Part shown: positions 7,028 through 15,689 of the stretch, in pieces
Layout: the number at the start of each line of letters is the position of its first letter
How positions within the stretch are numbered: position 1 is the first letter of the stretch
Assembly (NCBI GenBank): GCA_020049595.1
Contig: JAIFKL010000125.1
Coordinates: 1 to 42,927 of the forward strand
Length of the DNA: 42,927 bases
Source of the DNA: Desulfobacteraceae bacterium
GTDB lineage: Bacteria > Desulfobacterota > Desulfobacteria > Desulfobacterales > JAIFKL01
Direction of reading: 5' to 3'
Notes under the pieces: model-generated
Told to the model about the DNA's origin: nothing
Databases searched by the model: none
The model's input: only the letters and a program-made list of their open reading frames with translations
Made by a program: the position numbers and the translations under genes

Positions 7028-9361
7028 ATGGAAAATATCAGAAATGCCATGCAGCATCTTGATCGCCGCATGAGCGAAAAAGACCAGCAGTCAACCATTA
7101 CTTATGAAGAATTTCTCAAAATTCTTTCCGAGAATCCCGGCACCGTCATCCGCAATGTTTTTCAGGTCTTTCACGACATGATTAAGAATTATATTTCCGA
7201 AGGCGTTGACGAGTATCCCAATGATCCCGAATCCATCAATTTTGTTTATTACGACTGCACCAATCTTTTTGTGGCTGACTCGGAAAATGCTTTTTATCAT
7301 CCTTTTTTTGCAGACAGACTGTTTGCCAACCGCCTGATCGGTCATGTGGAGGCTTTGAAGCGGGGCGCGCAGCAAAATAAGATTTACATTTTTGACGGCC
7401 CCCCCGGATGCGGAAAAAGCACATTTCTCAACAACCTGCTCATGAAATTTGAAGAATATGCCAATACCGAGAAAGGGATGCGCTATGAAGCGGTGTGGCG
7501 TTTGGATCGCAAAGTGCTGGGGAGTTTCTCAGATCATGAAGCGGCACCCATATTTGAAAAAATGTTCGGCATGATGGCGGATGAGTCTGACGGGTTTGCC
7601 AGAAAGCACGATCTGCTGCATCAGGAGCAGAAAGAGGTTTATGAAGAACAGACTTCTCCCTATTTTACCGATGATTACATTGAAATTCCCTGCCCCAGCC
7701 ACGATCATCCCATTCTGATGATCCCCAAGCAGCATCGCCGCGACTTTTTTAACGAACTGCTTCCCAACATCGAAATCAAGTGGAAAATTTTCACTGAAAA
7801 GGAATATGAATGGGTTTTCCGTGACAATCCCTGCACAATATGCAGTTCCCTTTACGATGCGCTGCTGAAAAAGCTGAAGGCGCCGCTGGAGGTTTTTAAG
7901 ATGCTCCATGCAAGACCCTACAGGTTCAACCGGCGTCTGGGAGAAGGCATCAGCGTGTTCAACCCCGGCGACAAGCCTTCAAGAGAGAATGTGCTGGGCA
8001 ATCCCATGATTCAGAAGCGGATCAACAGCCTTCTCAGAGACAGCAATCAGGTGAGATATCTTTTTTCCCGATATGCCAAAACCAACAGCGGCATCTACGC
8101 GCTCATGGACATCAAAACCCACAATATCGAGCGGCTGATAGAACTCCACAACATCATCAGCGAAGGGGTTCACAAGGTTGACGATATTGAGGAGAACGTG
8201 ACCTCGCTTTTCATGGCGCTGATGAATCCTGAAGACAAAAAAAATATTCAGGGACAATCCTTTTCGGACCGCATCGAATACATCGGCATTCCTTATGTGC
8301 TGGACCTGAGTACGGAAGTTGACATATACCGCAATATTTTCGGAAAGCATATTGAAGACAGCTTTCTGCCCAAAGTGCTGCACAATTTTGCACGGGTCAT
8401 TATTTCCTCGCGTCTGAACGTGAAATCGGAGGCAATGCTGGAATGGATTGAAAATCCGAGGAAATATGCCCGTTACTGCGATGAAAATCTGCAACTGCTC
8501 AAGATGGAAATTTACACGGGTTATATTCCGCCCTGGCTGTCGGAGGAGGACAAGAAGCGTTTTACGGCAAAACGCCGCCGCAGGATCATTGCGGAATCCG
8601 AAGCCGAAGGTCAGAAGGGCTTTTCGGGGCGTGATGCGATCAAGATTTTCAATGAGTTTTACTCTGCTTATGCCAGAGAGGACAGGCTCATCAATATGAA
8701 CACGCTGTGCAATTTTTTCACCAAAGTCCGCAAAGACCTCAGTGAGGCGATTCCCAAAGGTTTTTTGGACTCCATGCTTCACATGTATAACTACACGATT
8801 CTGCAAAGCGTCAAGGAATCCCTGTATTATTATAATGAGGAGCAGATTTCCAAAGACATTCAGAATTATATGTTCGGCGTCAATTTCGACATCGGCGCGG
8901 CGGAAACCTGCGCCTACACTGGCGAAAAATTGGAAATCACCGAAGCTTTTTTTGAAAGCATTGAGAATCGGCTGCTGGGCGCAAAAGTAACAAAGGATCA
9001 GCGTCTGTCTTTTCGGAAAGAAACGCAGAAGTCATATACTTATGATGCGCTGACCCGTGAAATTCTGCTTGAGGGAATGAAAATCACCGATACCAAACTG
9101 TATCAGTCCCTCTATGACCGCTATGTTTATAATCTGAAAGAAAAGGTGCTGGATCCTTTTCTTGAGAATGAGAATTTCCGAAAGGGTATAAAAGATTATA
9201 ATACCGACGGGTTCAAGACTTTCGACAAAAGGATTCAGGATGATGTCACTTTCCTGATAAACAATCTGTGTAAAAAATACAGATATTCGGAGCAGGGCGC
9301 GAAGGAAGTCTGTATCTATGTCATTGACAATGACCTTGCAAAGACATTCGCCAACCCTTAA
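7028..9361 (+). CDS. Divergent PrkA/YeaG-family AAA+ protein (putative Ser protein kinase family)
   Basis: Walker A FDGPPGCGKST. The order of motifs is colinear with my memory of E. coli YeaG (N-terminal EEFL region, DHP block, SRL block). Start ATG 7028 lies just after the heptamer hairpin; ORF-track TTG 6956 lies inside the repeat. Confidence 0.7.
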   Translation: MENIRNAMQHLDRRMSEKDQQSTITYEEFLKILSENPGTVIRNVFQVFHDMIKNYISEGVDEYPNDPESINFVYYDCTNLFVADSENAFYHPFFADRLFANRLIGHVEALKRGAQQNKIYIFDGPPGCGKSTFLNNLLMKFEEYANTEKGMRYEAVWRLDRKVLGSFSDHEAAPIFEKMFGMMADESDGFARKHDLLHQEQKEVYEEQTSPYFTDDYIEIPCPSHDHPILMIPKQHRRDFFNELLPNIEIKWKIFTEKEYEWVFRDNPCTICSSLYDALLKKLKAPLEVFKMLHARPYRFNRRLGEGISVFNPGDKPSRENVLGNPMIQKRINSLLRDSNQVRYLFSRYAKTNSGIYALMDIKTHNIERLIELHNIISEGVHKVDDIEENVTSLFMALMNPEDKKNIQGQSFSDRIEYIGIPYVLDLSTEVDIYRNIFGKHIEDSFLPKVLHNFARVIISSRLNVKSEAMLEWIENPRKYARYCDENLQLLKMEIYTGYIPPWLSEEDKKRFTAKRRRRIIAESEAEGQKGFSGRDAIKIFNEFYSAYAREDRLINMNTLCNFFTKVRKDLSEAIPKGFLDSMLHMYNYTILQSVKESLYYYNEEQISKDIQNYMFGVNFDIGAAETCAYTGEKLEITEAFFESIENRLLGAKVTKDQRLSFRKETQKSYTYDALTREILLEGMKITDTKLYQSLYDRYVYNLKEKVLDPFLENENFRKGIKDYNTDGFKTFDKRIQDDVTFLINNLCKKYRYSEQGAKEVCIYVIDNDLAKTFANP

Positions 9362-9364
9362 CTG

Positions 9365-9503
9365 AGGATTCTCAGGACGCAGAAGATGAAGAATGGGAAT
9401 ATTTTATGCTGACGCCGCCTTAGTCCTGAGAATCCTTATAAAAAAAGGTCAGGGGTTCGGGGTCAGAGGTCAGGCGAACCCCTGACCCCTAACCACTGAC
9501 CCT
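9365..9503. repeat. Two hairpin words
   Basis: AGGATTCTCAGGAC (9365-9378) / GTCCTGAGAATCCT (9423-9436). GGTCAGGGGTTCG ... CGAACCCCTGACC (9447-9487) with further GGTCAG repeats. Confidence 0.8.
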
Positions 9504-9513
9504 TAATAACTAT

Positions 9514-10686
9514 ATGAGTCTTGTCGTATTACTGATTTGCATTGTACTGATGATTCTGGTGTCCATGCTGCAACAGTGGAAGCTTCTCGTGCTGCTGGCA
9601 GTGCTTTTTGCCGCAAATGCAGCCGTGCTGGTGTGGTACAGCATTCATGAGAAAACGGGCATCAGCGGGGATGCGCCGATTCAGAAGGAAATCGAAAGCA
9701 TTCATGTTCTTTACGGGTCTGAAAAAAAAGCACTTCTCAAAGACCCGGAATTTCAGGAAATTCTGCGGACAAAATACGGCATTGTCATTAACGGCACGCG
9801 GACCGACGGCATCCGTATTCCCGAAAGAGAAATTCAGGATATTGACGGACTCTGGCTCTCAACAGCAGCAGCAGCGGCTGAGTTTCAAAAACAGCATCCG
9901 CTTATGAACTGTAAAGCAGATACGGTTTTTGTCACGCCCCTTGTGATCTGTTCGTGGCGTGACATAGCGGAAGCGCTTGTCAGCAGAGGGCTTGCAGAAA
10001 AAAGAGAAACGCTTTATATTGTCAGGGATATGAAGAAACTTCTGCATGAAGGAAGCCGGACATGGGAGTCGCTCAGAGTGCCGAGAGTCAGCGGCAGCGT
10101 GGTCATTCAGTCTGCGGCTCCCGACAAAAGCATCGCCGGCTTTCTCATGCTCAATCTGACAGCCTTTGCCCTGAACAGCAACCGTCCGATTGACGGAAAC
10201 GCTTTTCCGCCGTTGATGCCGGAAATTCAAAACATATTGAAACAGGCGGGACCGCATGAAAATTCGGCAGATACGCTTTTCAACAGATACATCAAACAGG
10301 GACAGGAATCTTTTCCGCTGATTGCTGTCTGTGAAAATCAGATCATTGAGTTTTATCAGGCATATCCGAGTTATCAGGAGAAAATCAGGAATCTGGTCTG
10401 TGTGCTGATTCCCGAACCGACGGTGTTGAGCGAACATGTTTTTCTTGCGCTCACGGAAAAAGGCGACCGGCTTCTGACCGTGCTTTCCGACTCGGGCATT
10501 CGGAAACTTGCGTGGGAAAAGTTCGGATTTCGTTCGGCCGGAGCATACAATGATCCGAACATAGAAAATGATCCGGGCGAGTTAAAAGCAGTCGGTCTGC
10601 CCCTGCGGATAAAATCTGTTGCAGCCCTGCCGGCTCCGGATGTAATGGACAAAATCCTTGAAAATTTAAACACGAAAGGTTTTTAA
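9514..10686 (+). CDS. Membrane-anchored hypothetical protein (two N-terminal TM helices; soluble domain possibly periplasmic-binding-protein-like)
   Basis: 390-aa ORF. Hydrophobic N-terminus LVVLLICIVLMILV / LLVLLAVLFAANAAVLV. The family call is weak. Confidence 0.7.
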   Translation: MSLVVLLICIVLMILVSMLQQWKLLVLLAVLFAANAAVLVWYSIHEKTGISGDAPIQKEIESIHVLYGSEKKALLKDPEFQEILRTKYGIVINGTRTDGIRIPEREIQDIDGLWLSTAAAAAEFQKQHPLMNCKADTVFVTPLVICSWRDIAEALVSRGLAEKRETLYIVRDMKKLLHEGSRTWESLRVPRVSGSVVIQSAAPDKSIAGFLMLNLTAFALNSNRPIDGNAFPPLMPEIQNILKQAGPHENSADTLFNRYIKQGQESFPLIAVCENQIIEFYQAYPSYQEKIRNLVCVLIPEPTVLSEHVFLALTEKGDRLLTVLSDSGIRKLAWEKFGFRSAGAYNDPNIENDPGELKAVGLPLRIKSVAALPAPDVMDKILENLNTKGF

Positions 10687-10876
10687 CCACGAAAATGCGA
10701 AAACCTATTTTTATGTTTTGGCGAAAAGCACGAAATATTTTTAACCATGAATTTTTTTTCGTGTTTTTCATAAATTTCGTGCTTTCGTGGTAAAAAAGAG
10801 AACCACGAAAACACGAAAGCAGCGAAAAGCACGAAAAATAATTTCGTGGCTTTCATTAATTTCGTGCTTTCGTGGT
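10685..10876. repeat. CACGAAA-word palindromes
   Basis: AACCACGAAA...TTTCGTGCTTTCGTGGT appears twice. The element starts at the stop codon of 9514-10686. Confidence 0.8.
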
Positions 10877-10899
10877 AAAAAAAGCAGAAAGGAAAAAAA

Positions 10900-11373
10900 A
10901 TGGCTTACAATTTTAATGCAGATGACGTATTTGAAATGGCTGAACAGTTGGAAAGAAACGGCGCGGCATTTTACAAGACCGCAGCAGAAAAGATTTCGGC
11001 ACCCGAAGCAAAAAAGCTGCTGCTCAAATTAGCCGAAATGGAAGTCGGACACGAAAAAATATTTGCCGCTTTAAGAGCCGAACTTTCGGTTCAGGAAAAA
11101 ACATCAACGATTTTTGATCCTCAGGGAGAAGCGGCGCTTTATCTTCGTGCGCTTGCCGACACGCGTGTCTTTTTTGAAAAGAAAATTGACTCCTCATCTA
11201 TGAAGGAAATCCTGAAAGCCGCCATCGAAGCGGAAAAAGACTCCATCGTGTTTTATCTGGGAATGAAAGATGCCATCCCCGAAAAATTGGGAAAAAACCG
11301 CATGGACACGATTATCAGAGAAGAGATGGGACACATCCGGCTTCTCGGTAAGGAATTGCTTGCGCTTAAATAA
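10900..11373 (+). CDS. Rubrerythrin/ferritin-like di-iron protein (no rubredoxin domain)
   Basis: Two E..E..H-type metal motifs (AEMEVGHEKIF and IREEMGHIRLL) in a 157-aa four-helix-type protein. Confidence 0.75.
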   Translation: MAYNFNADDVFEMAEQLERNGAAFYKTAAEKISAPEAKKLLLKLAEMEVGHEKIFAALRAELSVQEKTSTIFDPQGEAALYLRALADTRVFFEKKIDSSSMKEILKAAIEAEKDSIVFYLGMKDAIPEKLGKNRMDTIIREEMGHIRLLGKELLALK

Positions 11374-11790
11374 GTGAGAAGTGATACCAATTCGCTATCA
11401 AAAACAGTGTTCTCCGTATCTGTTTTAAGCCGGGCGCTTTTCAGGCGGTTTAAGCGATCTCCGTATCTGTTTTAAGCTTCGGCGCTTTTTAAGCGCCCGG
11501 CTAAAAATAGATGCGGTTTATCTGTTTTCAGCCGGGTGTTTTCAGCCGGGGGCGCTTTACGATCTGTTTTCCGTAAAACCGCTTTTCAAGCGGTTTAAGC
11601 GATTTGAAAAATCGCTTTACGATCTGAACTCTGTAAAACCGCTTTTTAAGCGGTTTAAGCGGTTTATCTGTTTTCAGCCGGGTGTTTTCAGCCGGGGGCG
11701 CTTTACGATCTGAATCTGTTTTAAGCCGGGCCGATCTTTGAAAGCGAATTGGTATCAGTCTGAGCCTGTCAAAGACTCAATTCTCACTTA
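11371..11790. repeat. About 420-bp nested composite palindromic element
   Basis: Outer single heptamer units (TAAGTGAGAAGTGA / TCAATTCTCACTTA). Next layer TACCAATTCGCTATCAAA (11385-11403) / TTTGAAAGCGAATTGGTA (11737-11754). The interior holds GTAAAACCGCTTTTNAAGCGGTTTAAGCG hairpins and a roughly 145-bp-period direct repeat (11515-11566 and 11660-11711). Confidence 0.85.
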
Positions 11791-11791
11791 T

Positions 11792-12178
11792 TTATGAATC
11801 TTTCTGAACCAGACTGAAATTTAACGATTCAAAATCCTCCTGAAATTCTACGCCGAATTCAAGGGTGTCATCGTCATCTGCCTCATAAATCCAGTTCACG
11901 GTGATTTTTTTGCCGTTTTCGGCGGCGAAGTCCAACAGCTCGAAAAAATCCAGAAATATTTTTGATGAACTGCTGTTGAAATAGATCAGTTCCATATTGA
12001 CAGTAACTTCCCGGTCATCCAACTCTTCGAGATATTTTTCGATCCATTCAAAAACAGGCGCGTAAAATTCGGCGATATTTTCAGGATAGGATTCGCCTCT
12101 GATTTCAAGCTGGTCATTTTCACAGTCGAAAATGATTTCGGGCGTATATTTTGTGGCTCTGATTTTCAGATTTTCCAT
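11792..12178 (-). CDS. SiaC-family regulatory phosphoprotein (DUF1987), paralogue 2
   Basis: MENLKIRATKYTPEIIFD...LEIRGESYPEN...YFNSSSSK...VNWIYE matches the DUF1987 pattern. ATG 12178 is preferred over 12184 because it aligns with the paralogue start and has better GGAG spacing. Confidence 0.85.
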   Translation of the reverse strand: MENLKIRATKYTPEIIFDCENDQLEIRGESYPENIAEFYAPVFEWIEKYLEELDDREVTVNMELIYFNSSSSKIFLDFFELLDFAAENGKKITVNWIYEADDDDTLEFGVEFQEDFESLNFSLVQKDS

Positions 12179-12190
12179 GGTCATCTCCGT

Positions 12191-12751
12191 CTAAATAACA
12201 GTTTTTGTGGAAAAAAAGGAGAATTTTTCATCAATTTCCCTGAAATCGAATTCTATGGGCTGACTGGCTTTTTTAGCCATGTCAATAAAGCCGAGACCTG
12301 CGCCTTTGCTTTTGTCATCGGGTCCCTTTTTGCGCTGTTCTTTGTAAAATTTTTTCAGTTCTTCTTTGTCCATTTTCTGTAGCCGGGTCAGGCGCTCCGT
12401 GAGTCTTTCAACATCTTCTTTGTGAATACGGTTTCCGCACAGCACAAAATAATGTTCGCCTTCATAACCCACCGCAATGATACCGATGCTCAGTTCATCC
12501 TGTTTTTCGCTTCCGGGCAGAATTTCTTTGGGACATTTTTCAGCAGAATAATGGATAACATTCTGCGCCTGCTCCACAACCATGGAGAAAACTCTGAGCG
12601 CAACGGAGTTGTGGGCTTCTTCCAATTCCATTTTCAGTTTCAGCGTCGCGCCGATTTCCACGAGCAGATCCTGTGAAACCGGACCGCTGAAACAAAAGAA
12701 AATTCCCCGCCTGTTGAGGTCATTTTTGAAATCATAAAGATTTTGCAACAT
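12191..12751 (-). CDS. SiaB-like protein kinase (anti-sigma-type GHKL fold)
   Basis: N-terminus LYDFKNDLNRRGIFFCFSGPVSQDLLVEIG and C-terminal GAGLGFIDMAKK, typical of SiaB-family kinases. ATG 12751 has GAGGGAG about 8 nt upstream; ORF-track start is 12775. Confidence 0.8.
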   Translation of the reverse strand: MLQNLYDFKNDLNRRGIFFCFSGPVSQDLLVEIGATLKLKMELEEAHNSVALRVFSMVVEQAQNVIHYSAEKCPKEILPGSEKQDELSIGIIAVGYEGEHYFVLCGNRIHKEDVERLTERLTRLQKMDKEELKKFYKEQRKKGPDDKSKGAGLGFIDMAKKASQPIEFDFREIDEKFSFFSTKTVI

Positions 12752-12778
12752 ATTCATACTCCCTCTTTTAAACATGAA

Positions 12779-12844
12779 AACAAGTTGCAGGTAACAGGTT
12801 GCAAGATAACCTGTTACATGTTACCTGTTACATGTAACTTGTTT
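12779..12844. repeat. CAGGT-word palindrome between the siaB-like and siaC-like genes
   Basis: AACAAGTTGCAGGTAACAGGT ... ACCTGTTACATGTAACTTGTT. Confidence 0.8.
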
Positions 12845-13233
12845 CATTTTTGAATCTGAATCAGGTTAAATTCCAACGATGCCAAATCTTCTTTAAAGTC
12901 CTCTCCGTTTTCCATGGCCATATCATTTTCCTGATCGTAATACCAGTTGACAACAATATGCTTTCCTTCGGAAACAGCCTTGTCAAGCAAATCAAACAGT
13001 CCCATGAATGTTTTTGAGCTGTTGCTGTTGAAATACACCATTTCGATATTCACCGTAACTTTCCGCTCTTGTGACAATTGTGCCAGATACGATCTTATCC
13101 ATTCCGATACCGGTCTGTAAAAATCGGCAAGATTTTCAGGATAGGACTCCCCCCTGATCTCCAGTATGTCTTTATCCGCATCAAATCGGATATACGGCGT
13201 GTATTTTGTTGCTTCAATAATCAGATTGTTCAT
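12844..13233 (-). CDS. SiaC-family regulatory phosphoprotein (DUF1987), paralogue 1
   Basis: MNNLIIEATKYTPYIRFD...LEIRGESYPEN...YFNSNSSK...VNWYYD; clear paralogue of 11792-12178. Confidence 0.85.
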   Translation of the reverse strand: MNNLIIEATKYTPYIRFDADKDILEIRGESYPENLADFYRPVSEWIRSYLAQLSQERKVTVNIEMVYFNSNSSKTFMGLFDLLDKAVSEGKHIVVNWYYDQENDMAMENGEDFKEDLASLEFNLIQIQK

Positions 13234-13244
13234 TTCCCCTCTTT

Positions 13245-13428
13245 ATTGAGAATTGAGAATTGAGAATTGAGAATTGAGAAAGGTTTCTCGCATCTATTTT
13301 TAGCCTTGGCGCAGAGATTGCAAAGTTTTTTTTATAAAAAGAGTTTTTCTTTGCGCCCTTTGCGCCAAGGCTAAAAATAGATGCGAGACATTATTTAGAA
13401 TTGACAATTCTCAATTCTCAATTCTCAA
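13245..13428. repeat. Three-layer nested palindrome capped by heptamer arms
   Basis: (TGAGAAT)5 at 13245-13281 / (ATTCTCA)3 at 13408-13428. Inner inverted repeat 13283-13312 / 13362-13389 (GGCTAAAAATAGATGCGAG word). Core CTTTGCGCCC word with a TTTTTATAAAAA centre. Confidence 0.9.
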
Positions 13429-15689
13429 AATCCGAACCCGATAACGGTCATATCGTCTCTTTGTTCTTCATCGCCTTTCCATGCCATATATGCTTCTCTT
13501 ATGAGCCTCTTCTGTTCATCAAAAGATTTTTCCCGCATTTCTTTCAGCAGGGAACGAAAGCGTTTGTTTCCGAAAGGAAGATGTCCAGGTCCCCCGGGCT
13601 GATCCGTGATGCCGTCTGTTGCCATATAAAATGACATGCCCTCCTGAATCGGAATCTGATGATTGCTGAAATTGAAATCAGGATTTGCGTCTTTATATCC
13701 GATGCTATGCCTGTCGCCTCTGATAATCCTGAGCGTATCCCCCGACGAGGTATATGCCAGCGCGGTTTTTGCGCCTGCAAAGGTCAGGATTCCGGTTTTC
13801 ACATTCATAAAAACGATGCCCGCATCCATACCGTCATCAGAACCGGCAGTTTTTTCATCAGAAGAATATAAAGAGGTTTTGACCGCAGCATTCAGAGATT
13901 TCAATATTTGCGAGGGATCATTGTAATAATCTTTCTGAATGATTTCTTTAAAAGCGGTTCCGGCAAGCATGGTCATCAGCGCGCCCGGAATGCCGTGACC
14001 CGTACAGTCTATCAGCGCCATCAGCCAGCCTTCCGGAAATTCCTCAAAGAAATATATGTCGCCGCCCACAATATACTTGGGTTCGTCTATGATGAAACAG
14101 TGCTTCAGACACCTGTTTATCGCGGCTTCGGAGGGCAGAAGCGAGCGCTGGATGCGTTCAGCGTAGCGGATATTTTCCAGAATATGCTTGTTGGCATATT
14201 CCACCTGTTCAAGACTTGCCCGCAGTTCCCCGGTTCTTTCTTCCACAATTTCTTCCATCATCTGTGTGGCTTCTTCCTGCGCTGCAAAAGCCTCATGCCG
14301 GACTTTCAATATTTTCTCATAAGCCGCCAATTTTTCTTTGCGTTCAGCATTGATTCGGTCTGCCAGCCCCAGCCCCAGCAGAATGACTAACATCGCGGAA
14401 CCGATCTGCATGACATAAGCTGTTAAAAGATTGCTTGGCAAAATGCCGAAAGATTTCAAAGCGTAAAAAATCGCCCCGATGCCGAAGCAGCACCATGCAA
14501 TCATAAAATATTTGGCAACACGATGCCCCGTTTTCAGACAGAAAAGCCCCGTCAGCAGCACTGCCCCCACTAACGGCATGATACATATCACCGCTATTTT
14601 CACGCTCAGACTGTAACTGCTCAGAATTAAGGAAAACACGGCGCTTGCAGCCGCAGCAGTTGAAAAAATGTTAAGGAGACTGTCCATGCGGGGCATGGCG
14701 ATTTCGGTTTTCAGAAAAGCCCGGGTAAACTGTGCAATCCATAAGCCTGTGAATGCGATAAAAAAAGGAATGCTGCGATTGAACCACCAGGGCAGTTCTG
14801 ACCACAGATATTGGTATCCTTCACCGCTCAGGGACAGTTGAAAAAGCGTGTAACTGATGATGTACAGAATGTAAAAAAGATAGCTTCTGTCCCGGATCGA
14901 AACAAACAGAAAGAAATTGTAACATGCCATTGCCAGCATGATGCCGTAATAAATTCCGGACACAAACTGTTCTGCCGTCACTTTTTCGGCAAAAGCTGCC
15001 GGGGACCAGAGCGTAAAGGAAAATTCCATTGTTCCGGCAGTTCTGATGCGGAAATACAGGGTTTGCGGAGTTCCATGCCTCATGTTTACCCGGAATACAA
15101 AATGATGATGTCTGATATCCCGGTGCCGGAAAGGCAGCATATCTCCGCCGCGGCTGAGAACAAACCTTTTTTGCCATTCCTGTTTTCCGTTATGAACGGG
15201 GAACCAGCATTCCACATCATCTAAAAGCGGATAGTGTTCTTCCAGAAACCATTCTTTTTTTTCCGTTGTAAAACGACCCGGCTTAAAATCGTCCAACTTG
15301 TTTTGCTCATCTGTAAAACGAGTTTTCAACTCGTTTTGATAATCCAGCGTCAATCTGATCCAGTAAACTGAATCTGTATAGCCGAAATTCTGCACCTGCG
15401 AACCGCTTTCGACAAATTTTTCGGAAAATTCATCCGAGGCCACATCATTGACAGACCATTGACCGGCTTTATCTTCCAGATATGCGATGTGATGCCCCAG
15501 CGGATATTTATCCGTGAAGTCATTCAGAACTGCCGGCTTTTGCGCTCCGACAACTGACACAGGCGTCAAAAAAATCAGAAAAAGACAGAGGAAAAGAGAA
15601 GTGAGAAATGAGAAGTGAGAAATGCCGTTTTTTAATAAGACGGCTCTTTCCCTTTTCCCGCTTCTCAATTCCCGCTTTTCAATTCTCAT
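13425..15689 (-). CDS. SiaA-type PP2C (SpoIIE) phosphatase with 7TMR-DISM extracellular and 7-TM input domains
   Basis: Periplasmic 7TMR-DISMED2-like region, seven predicted TM helices, a coiled coil, then PP2C motifs (GGDIYFF, IDCTGHGIPGA, DDGMDA, ATDGITDQ, DDMTVIGFGF). ATG 15689 is chosen; GTG 15722 is an alternative. The stop TGA is the first unit of a heptamer array. Confidence 0.85.
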   Translation of the reverse strand: MRIEKRELRSGKRERAVLLKNGISHFSFLTSLFLCLFLIFLTPVSVVGAQKPAVLNDFTDKYPLGHHIAYLEDKAGQWSVNDVASDEFSEKFVESGSQVQNFGYTDSVYWIRLTLDYQNELKTRFTDEQNKLDDFKPGRFTTEKKEWFLEEHYPLLDDVECWFPVHNGKQEWQKRFVLSRGGDMLPFRHRDIRHHHFVFRVNMRHGTPQTLYFRIRTAGTMEFSFTLWSPAAFAEKVTAEQFVSGIYYGIMLAMACYNFFLFVSIRDRSYLFYILYIISYTLFQLSLSGEGYQYLWSELPWWFNRSIPFFIAFTGLWIAQFTRAFLKTEIAMPRMDSLLNIFSTAAAASAVFSLILSSYSLSVKIAVICIMPLVGAVLLTGLFCLKTGHRVAKYFMIAWCCFGIGAIFYALKSFGILPSNLLTAYVMQIGSAMLVILLGLGLADRINAERKEKLAAYEKILKVRHEAFAAQEEATQMMEEIVEERTGELRASLEQVEYANKHILENIRYAERIQRSLLPSEAAINRCLKHCFIIDEPKYIVGGDIYFFEEFPEGWLMALIDCTGHGIPGALMTMLAGTAFKEIIQKDYYNDPSQILKSLNAAVKTSLYSSDEKTAGSDDGMDAGIVFMNVKTGILTFAGAKTALAYTSSGDTLRIIRGDRHSIGYKDANPDFNFSNHQIPIQEGMSFYMATDGITDQPGGPGHLPFGNKRFRSLLKEMREKSFDEQKRLIREAYMAWKGDEEQRDDMTVIGFGF

